A stretch of DNA of 64,000 nucleotides, from IMG/VR virus record IMGVR_UViG_3300022602_000027; one strand, 5' to 3'. The translations under genes and the position numbers were made by a program. This document shows, piece after piece, positions 58,680-64,000 of the stretch. Every line of letters starts with the position of its first letter. Position 1 is the first letter of the stretch. The notes under the pieces were generated by a model. It saw only the letters and a list, made by a program, of their open reading frames with translations. It ran no database searches and was not told the DNA's origin. Origin of the DNA: a virus (lineage: Duplodnaviria > Caudoviricetes).

Positions 58680-59771
58680 TTACTTCTCAGTTGCGGCGCT
58701 AATGTACTTACCAAACTTAGCGTGGAAGTCGTCAAAGCACTTAATTTCATCTGGATCCAACGGCAACTTGTATTGGCTAAGAGCAATTTTAGTACCCATA
58801 ATAACCAATTCTGTTTCAAAATTGTCCATGATAAATTGGAAGAAGTAGTTAACTTGATCGTTCCAGTTTTTGGCTTTCTTTTCACAAGAGTCTTTAAGCT
58901 CGTAGCACAATGACACAGTCAAAGAATACATAGCTGAAATCTCTTTTGAGTCCATCTTTTTAACCTTACCACTCAAAATATCTGATGGGTTAGGCATTTT
59001 GGACGCATGTTTACGGTGAGCCATAAACTTAATAGCAAGTCCTTCACCAACTGAACCTGACACCAAATCTGTTAGTGTTTCAGTATCAACATCGTCATCT
59101 GTAAGCAATTCGCTTACAAAAGACCAAGAGCGTGGTGTAGCAAAAGAGCGTGAGCTAGATTTTGGATCAAAATCGTATAAGTCCTTTTTACTAAATGTTA
59201 GGAAACCAATAACATCTGGGTGAACACCGTTATCAACAGCCCACTCAAAATAGTCATCCCAGTCTACTGTCATTTCCAAGTGAACAAAACGATTAGCCAA
59301 CGGGCTAGGCATACGATAGCTAACACCCTTGTCAGTTTCACGGTTACCAGCGGCAACCATTACTACGTTATCTGGCAACTCGTATGTGCCAACTTTACGA
59401 TTAAGAACTAACTGATAAGCCGCCGCTTGTACGCTAGGAGCCGCTGAATTAAGCTCGTCCATAAAAAGGATAATTTGTTTATGCTTTGATGCAAAGTCTT
59501 TGCTTGGCAATTCTGAAGGAGGTGCCCAACGCATGGTACCTTCATTGCTATCAAAATATGGAATACCTTTAATGTCAGTAGGTTCCCAAAGGCTCAAACG
59601 TACATCAATTACGTGAGCACCAAGTTCTTCACCTAGCTGTTTAATGATATCTGATTTACCAATACCTGGAGGGCCCCAGATAAAGATTGGACGCTTACTA
59701 TTAAAAGCCTTACGCAAAGACTTTTTAGCGCCTTTTGGACCCACTGTACGGGTTACTAGTTCTTTTGCCAT
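58680..59771 (-). CDS. MoxR-like AAA+ ATPase
   Basis: Walker A GPPGIGKS, Walker B ILFMDE, AAGNR, LANRF, TPRSW. Confidence 0.9.
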   Translation of the reverse strand: MAKELVTRTVGPKGAKKSLRKAFNSKRPIFIWGPPGIGKSDIIKQLGEELGAHVIDVRLSLWEPTDIKGIPYFDSNEGTMRWAPPSELPSKDFASKHKQIILFMDELNSAAPSVQAAAYQLVLNRKVGTYELPDNVVMVAAGNRETDKGVSYRMPSPLANRFVHLEMTVDWDDYFEWAVDNGVHPDVIGFLTFSKKDLYDFDPKSSSRSFATPRSWSFVSELLTDDDVDTETLTDLVSGSVGEGLAIKFMAHRKHASKMPNPSDILSGKVKKMDSKEISAMYSLTVSLCYELKDSCEKKAKNWNDQVNYFFQFIMDNFETELVIMGTKIALSQYKLPLDPDEIKCFDDFHAKFGKYISAATEK

Positions 59772-59824
59772 TTTGTTTCCTATCTTAGTTAAAGGTGAAC
59801 TGTATTTGTTTCGTTACAGTAGTA

Positions 59825-59853
59825 ATTATACAGTCAACTTGTAGGAAAGTCAA
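59825..59853 (-). promoter_or_regulatory. sigma70-type promoter for the AAA ATPase
   Basis: TTGACT-17 nt-TATAAT. Confidence 0.8.
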
Positions 59854-60245
59854 TGCGAATCTAGATCTTTTTCTCGCTCATTTATGGCTTTAATTAAGCC
59901 AAATTTTCTAATGTCGTCTGAAAACAACATTAGCTCAAAACTCTTGCGTTCAGTAAACACAGTAATGCTTTGATTGGTAAGATAATATGGAGTGTCTAAA
60001 TATCTTTCCAAAAATATAATAGTTTGGGGACTGAGCTCAATTGGTTCAGTAAAGGGAATTTCGTATTCTCTTAACGACAGTTCTTGCACTAAGAACATGT
60101 ATCCTGTATCACTTAATCGAAATGATTGTTTACCAGATCTATTTGATTGCCACCAAGTACGATTGTACATTTCGAGATTTGCTTCGTCTGCACTTTTACC
60201 CCATTGTTCTAAAAAAATCTTAGTTAGGGTATTTCGAGAAATCAT
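59850..60245 (-). CDS. Hypothetical protein
   Basis: 131-aa ORF. Confidence 0.75.
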   Translation of the reverse strand: MISRNTLTKIFLEQWGKSADEANLEMYNRTWWQSNRSGKQSFRLSDTGYMFLVQELSLREYEIPFTEPIELSPQTIIFLERYLDTPYYLTNQSITVFTERKSFELMLFSDDIRKFGLIKAINEREKDLDSH

Positions 60246-60526
60246 TTTATTATTGTACCTTGTGTTAGCATAACAACTTGGAAATCCTCAGTTCCAAACT
60301 GTAAATTCAATTTCTTTGCCAAATTATGTGCGTGGCCAGGATTTGAAAAAGAAACTTTTTTATACTTAGGTCCGGGATAATTAACAATGCTATTAAACGA
60401 TTTTAAATTAAATGGTTCGTTTTTATAAAATACTGCCCAAATGGCATCAGCCTCCAAAATCTGCTCAGCCTTATAGTTCTTCTTGTTAACGTACTCTAAT
60501 AGTACCTTAGGTTTTGGTCGACTCAT
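60242..60526 (-). CDS. Hypothetical protein (MSRPKPKVLLE...)
   Basis: ATG 60526; late-type GATAAATA at 60556-63 upstream. Confidence 0.75.
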   Translation of the reverse strand: MSRPKPKVLLEYVNKKNYKAEQILEADAIWAVFYKNEPFNLKSFNSIVNYPGPKYKKVSFSNPGHAHNLAKKLNLQFGTEDFQVVMLTQGTIIK

Positions 60527-60564
60527 AATATGCATACCCCAGATATATACGCATATATTTATCC

Positions 60565-60816
60565 TTACTTGTCGCTAAACCCACCGCCGTCAATTTCAAT
60601 TTGTACTTCTTCTTGACTTACATAACCTTTAAGGCTATTAAACATACTTTCATAGTCTCGATTTACTTTATCTTGTATTTCTACTAAGGCTAGGCCAAGT
60701 AAGCGAGCCTGCTGAATAGTCATTTTAACTTCTTTACTTTGACTTAATTCAGCGGCTCTTAGTATTTGTGCAAATTGTGTTAATGGTGTTAAATTAATCT
60801 GATTTTGCATTAGCAA
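60565..60816 (-). CDS. Hypothetical protein
   Basis: 83-aa ORF. Confidence 0.7.
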   Translation of the reverse strand: MLMQNQINLTPLTQFAQILRAAELSQSKEVKMTIQQARLLGLALVEIQDKVNRDYESMFNSLKGYVSQEEVQIEIDGGGFSDK

Positions 60817-61273
60817 GTACCTGTTTCATTTCAAGTTCACTTTTAAATGGACCTTTATATTCATTACGTTCTAATGTAATTAGTTTAGGACAAAATGATT
60901 TAACCCAACCTTTATTAAACTTGATTGTGTAATAACCTGCACAGTACAAACTTTTACTAGCATTGCTCTTAGTAAACAATGGTAATTTTTCTTGTACATT
61001 GTACATTGGATTAAAGGGTTTTGAACTTGTTGGAAATCCGTGACATTCATGGACTTCTGGTTGAGTAACTTTAACTTTGGTGCTGGTTAGGAAAAATCCT
61101 TCTCCAAACTGTTTAGTTAAGTCTTGTTTTTTGTTAAACATAACTTCGCCGTTAGTACTACTTAAGACGAATTTATTATTTTCTTTTTTGTGTAGTGTTG
61201 CAACCTTAGAGCCATCTTGCTCTACGATCCAAAACTTACCATCCACAATAGGCTTGGCATGTATCTCTGTCAT
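60794..61273 (-). CDS. Hypothetical protein (MTEIHAKP...)
   Basis: ATG 61273 after AAGGAG; the longer 61378 start crosses a promoter and hairpin. Confidence 0.75.
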   Translation of the reverse strand: MTEIHAKPIVDGKFWIVEQDGSKVATLHKKENNKFVLSSTNGEVMFNKKQDLTKQFGEGFFLTSTKVKVTQPEVHECHGFPTSSKPFNPMYNVQEKLPLFTKSNASKSLYCAGYYTIKFNKGWVKSFCPKLITLERNEYKGPFKSELEMKQVLANAKSD

Positions 61274-61327
61274 ATTTTTCTCCTTACACCCCGTAAATTT
61301 ATTTGGGCATGTTGTTTCGTACACACA

Positions 61328-61370
61328 ATTACTAGGCCCCGAAGGCGCACTAGTAATATACGTATTTATC
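61328..61370 (-). promoter_or_regulatory. Late-type promoter GATAAATA followed by UUCG-capped leader hairpin
   Basis: GATAAATA 61363-70; ATTACTAG...cTTCGg...CTAGTAAT 61328-57. Confidence 0.6.
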
Positions 61371-61374
61371 TCTG

Positions 61375-61878
61375 TCATTCTTCAACAAAATCAACTACAT
61401 TGCCATCTGCATCTGCACAGATAATACGTACAGTTTCGTCAGCTTCGTTTTTAATTTCGATAGGACCCCAGATCCACCATTCGCTATCGTCTTGACTCCA
61501 TGGATCTTCTTCACGATCTTCTAATTCATAAACACTATTTTCATCGATGAATTCTTGAAGTTCTTCTTCCTCTTCTTCAGTGAGGTCTTCAAATTCAATA
61601 TCATACCAGCACCCGCCGTCATCCATGCTAATAAGTTCAACACTTTCAATGTTGTTAACTTCGCAGTCTAGCATATTGATACTGTCTTTTTTGCCATCAC
61701 CCCCGGGAACAAAAGTAAACTCAAATTCTGGAGGATTATCATCTGAAGTTTCTACAGTCCATTCACCCCAACGGAAACCGTTAGTGACTGTGAGTCGACC
61801 TTCGCCTTCACTTCGAACCCAATGTTCGACTTCCTGGCAAGATTTTTTATAGTATGTTCTAACGGTCCATGTTGCCAT
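61375..61878 (-). CDS. Hypothetical acidic protein
   Basis: 167 aa, AAGGGG RBS. Confidence 0.75.
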   Translation of the reverse strand: MATWTVRTYYKKSCQEVEHWVRSEGEGRLTVTNGFRWGEWTVETSDDNPPEFEFTFVPGGDGKKDSINMLDCEVNNIESVELISMDDGGCWYDIEFEDLTEEEEEELQEFIDENSVYELEDREEDPWSQDDSEWWIWGPIEIKNEADETVRIICADADGNVVDFVEE

Positions 61879-61888
61879 TTTTATCCCC

Positions 61889-62083
61889 TTATTCTGCCAA
61901 AGGTAATGCTAATGCTTCTTTAATAGCATCGATTAATTCGTCTTCACTGCCAACAATAACTTTGGCACTTTTCCAATCGTCATTGTCATCACGTCCACCT
62001 ACTTCAATCATAAAGCCGTTGTCATAACGGTTGATGGTAAAGCTCTCGTTTGCTTTTACTAGTTTTTCTGAAATTGCACTCAT
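61889..62083 (-). CDS. Hypothetical protein
   Basis: 64 aa; ATG overlaps upstream stop. Confidence 0.7.
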   Translation of the reverse strand: MSAISEKLVKANESFTINRYDNGFMIEVGGRDDNDDWKSAKVIVGSEDELIDAIKEALALPLAE

Positions 62084-63072
62084 TTAAGTTCTCCTTGATA
62101 TTTTGCCTGAAATGGCTCTGCATACTGCTGAATGTTATCAGCGATCTTTTTCATATCCCAAGCATTGCAGAACTTGAGCATACGAATACCTACTTGGCTA
62201 ACGTCTTTAGGAACTGCATTAGCCTTAATCGTTTCCTTAATCTTTTCTTTAATATCGTCCGGTTGTGCTGTTAAATCACATAATTGAACATTACGTTGAT
62301 AATCTTCTAGCACACGATGTTCTAATCCGTTATGGTCAACCCATCTCTGAAGCATGAGATTGTTCCACGCAAATCCTTTGGCTTTACGATCTTCGAACGC
62401 TTCAAGTAAACCAACTTTGTTTTTTGTACCTTTAGTACGCACACCTGGATACGCTGAGAAGACATTATCACTGGTATCACCGCGCATACATTTTTCGAAC
62501 AGCATCCACTCTGGGTCTTGTGCTGGCTTCGGCTCGCCTGTCTTTTTGTCTTTAACCGGTTTACCTTTTGCATCAAAGATACCTTCATGTGTAATGTGTA
62601 AATCACCTACGCCGTTATATTGACTAACAGTAGGACTTACCAATTGTGCAAAGTCGCCATCTGTTGAAATAATAACGTGCTTTGCATCTGGATGTGCTTG
62701 TATCCAACCTGCAATCAAATCGTCAGCTTCTAAATTTTCGTGACGCATTACAGTAGCATTAGTTTTTTCTGTAATGAAATTCTTAAACTCGTCAAATGCT
62801 TCCCAGAACAATTTATCTTCGTCTTGTTCTCTTTGAGTCATAGCCGCACGAGTTTCTTGTCTATTGGCCTTATAGGGCTTGTAATAGTCTTTACGCCAGC
62901 TACGACCTTCGAGACAGAATACGATATGACTGCCACCAAAGTCTTGCCACGCTTTTTTGATACTGTTAAAAGTAATATGAAATGCCATACCGAGTTTAAT
63001 ATCGGACGACCCTTGAACTACGTGTCTAGCACGAAAAAATGTGTTAGCAGTATCAACTATAATATATGTCAT
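62080..63072 (-). CDS. rnh: 5'-3' exonuclease / T4 RNase H-like flap endonuclease
   Basis: IIVDTAN, WRKDYYKPYKANR, LEADDLIA, ISTDGDFAQL, GDTSDNV. Confidence 0.9.
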   Translation of the reverse strand: MTYIIVDTANTFFRARHVVQGSSDIKLGMAFHITFNSIKKAWQDFGGSHIVFCLEGRSWRKDYYKPYKANRQETRAAMTQREQDEDKLFWEAFDEFKNFITEKTNATVMRHENLEADDLIAGWIQAHPDAKHVIISTDGDFAQLVSPTVSQYNGVGDLHITHEGIFDAKGKPVKDKKTGEPKPAQDPEWMLFEKCMRGDTSDNVFSAYPGVRTKGTKNKVGLLEAFEDRKAKGFAWNNLMLQRWVDHNGLEHRVLEDYQRNVQLCDLTAQPDDIKEKIKETIKANAVPKDVSQVGIRMLKFCNAWDMKKIADNIQQYAEPFQAKYQGELK

Positions 63073-63503
63073 TCTACTTCGGCTTTGCCGTTACCTAATC
63101 TGTTTACATTAACATAACCGCCAATTGTACGGCTTGGATTAGCAACACCTGCTTCTGCAAGCATGTTACCTGCTAAATCTCTAAACCAACGATCGACAAT
63201 CTCTTCATCTGGATCACCTTCAAAACCGTATCCAGCGTCCTTTAATTGTACTATAAACAAGTCGTTCCAGTCAAGTTCAAAAAAGCCATTACGAACATTA
63301 TCTTTATTAACATGCGTATCTAGAACTGCTACATATGGTTCACCACGAGCAGTTGCACGGTCTTTTGGTGTTGCTTTAGCCAATTCAGCGGCCTCTTCTG
63401 CTTCTTTAGCCGCATTCATAGCCAATTCCGCCGCGGCAAGTGCTTCTTCTTTTTGTTGCTCTAACTTATCAATGCCAAATAATCTTTTAATCAGTTTTTT
63501 CAT
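63069..63503 (-). CDS. Hypothetical protein
   Basis: ATG 63503 (MKKLIKRLFG...). Confidence 0.75.
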   Translation of the reverse strand: MKKLIKRLFGIDKLEQQKEEALAAAELAMNAAKEAEEAAELAKATPKDRATARGEPYVAVLDTHVNKDNVRNGFFELDWNDLFIVQLKDAGYGFEGDPDEEIVDRWFRDLAGNMLAEAGVANPSRTIGGYVNVNRLGNGKAEVE

Positions 63504-63639
63504 TTTTCTTTTCCATACAGTTACAATCTCTACCTTGTCTACAATTACCGGTACAAGCACTATTGATATTCTTAGTCCATCTTAACAATAGACAAATTAT
63601 TATAATCCAACCAATTGTAAAACAAAGCGTAAAGAACAT
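63487..63639 (-). CDS. Small (50 aa) membrane-anchored Cys-rich protein; not in ORF track
   Basis: MFFTLCFTIGWIIIICLLLRWTKNINSACTGNCRQGRDCNCMEKKNEKTD*; ATG abuts the QueE-like stop; fills the gap exactly. Confidence 0.7.
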   Translation of the reverse strand: MFFTLCFTIGWIIIICLLLRWTKNINSACTGNCRQGRDCNCMEKKNEKTD

Positions 63640-64000
63640 TTAGGTACCCCATTCATTTTTAAATAAAGGCACTTGTAGTCTATCACTATAGCGTAAGCCT
63701 GCCTTCATAGCTAGTTCTGCTACACGACGATTGTTTAATGTATAAACACTTTCTACTCCGCCAACTGGCATCAAATATACTGCGCCAGTAAAACCAGCAA
63801 GTCGATATAAATCCATTACTTCTAATGCTTCATATGCATCGTCTTCTGTGGCTACAACAAATTTAAGATATGTATAACCAACATCTTGATATTGCAAAAG
63901 CACATCTGGTTTGATAGCATCTTCACGTTTTTCACCACTACAACTCAATTTAGCACTTACACTAAATGTTACATCTCTAGTATAATGCTCATGCCCAGTC
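63640..64000 (-). CDS. queE: QueE-like (7-carboxy-7-deazaguanine synthase) radical SAM protein, C-terminal part; runs off window end
   Basis: Frame open to 64000: VTFSVSAKLSCSGE...YLKFVV...VYLMPVGG...RYSDRLQVPLF.NEWGT; CxxxCxxC motif is outside the window. Confidence 0.7.
   Translation of the reverse strand, partial: TGHEHYTRDVTFSVSAKLSCSGEKREDAIKPDVLLQYQDVGYTYLKFVVATEDDAYEALEVMDLYRLAGFTGAVYLMPVGGVESVYTLNNRRVAELAMKAGLRYSDRLQVPLFKNEWGT

Noticed and set aside
1-64000. Terminase, sheath/tube, DNA polymerase, integrase, IS elements, tRNAs
   Set aside because: No supporting motifs seen in this window; the core genes presumably lie elsewhere in the genome.

Overview
64 kb of an AT-rich, T4-like (myovirus) phage genome. 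No cellular genes, tRNA/rRNA or CRISPR array were seen. Minus strand, 1-11.7 kb: head module (gp23 major capsid, gp22 scaffold, gp21 protease, acidic core protein, gp20 portal) with a tape-measure-like gene. A divergent gp26-like hub/chaperone gene ends in a probable -1 programmed frameshift (double slippery site plus downstream stem/pseudoknot) into an unannotated ORF. Next is a ~450-nt highly structured non-coding stretch directly downstream of a small GIY-YIG nuclease gene, followed by gp46/gp47 and a gp55-like late sigma factor. Plus strand, 17.7-55.3 kb: baseplate/tail module (gp54/48-like, gp53, hub, gp5, gp25, gp6, a 5392-aa giant with nested domain repeats, fibre paralogs) and a four-glycosyltransferase cluster. 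Minus strand, 55.2-64 kb: ThyX, MoxR AAA ATPase plus metallopeptidase-vWA pair, RNase H/5'-3' exonuclease, a QueE-like C-terminus and many small hypotheticals. Both sigma70-type (TTGACW-17-TATAAT) and T4-late-type (TAAATA) promoters are visible. Product calls rest on motif recognition and T4-like synteny by eye; no database searches were run.
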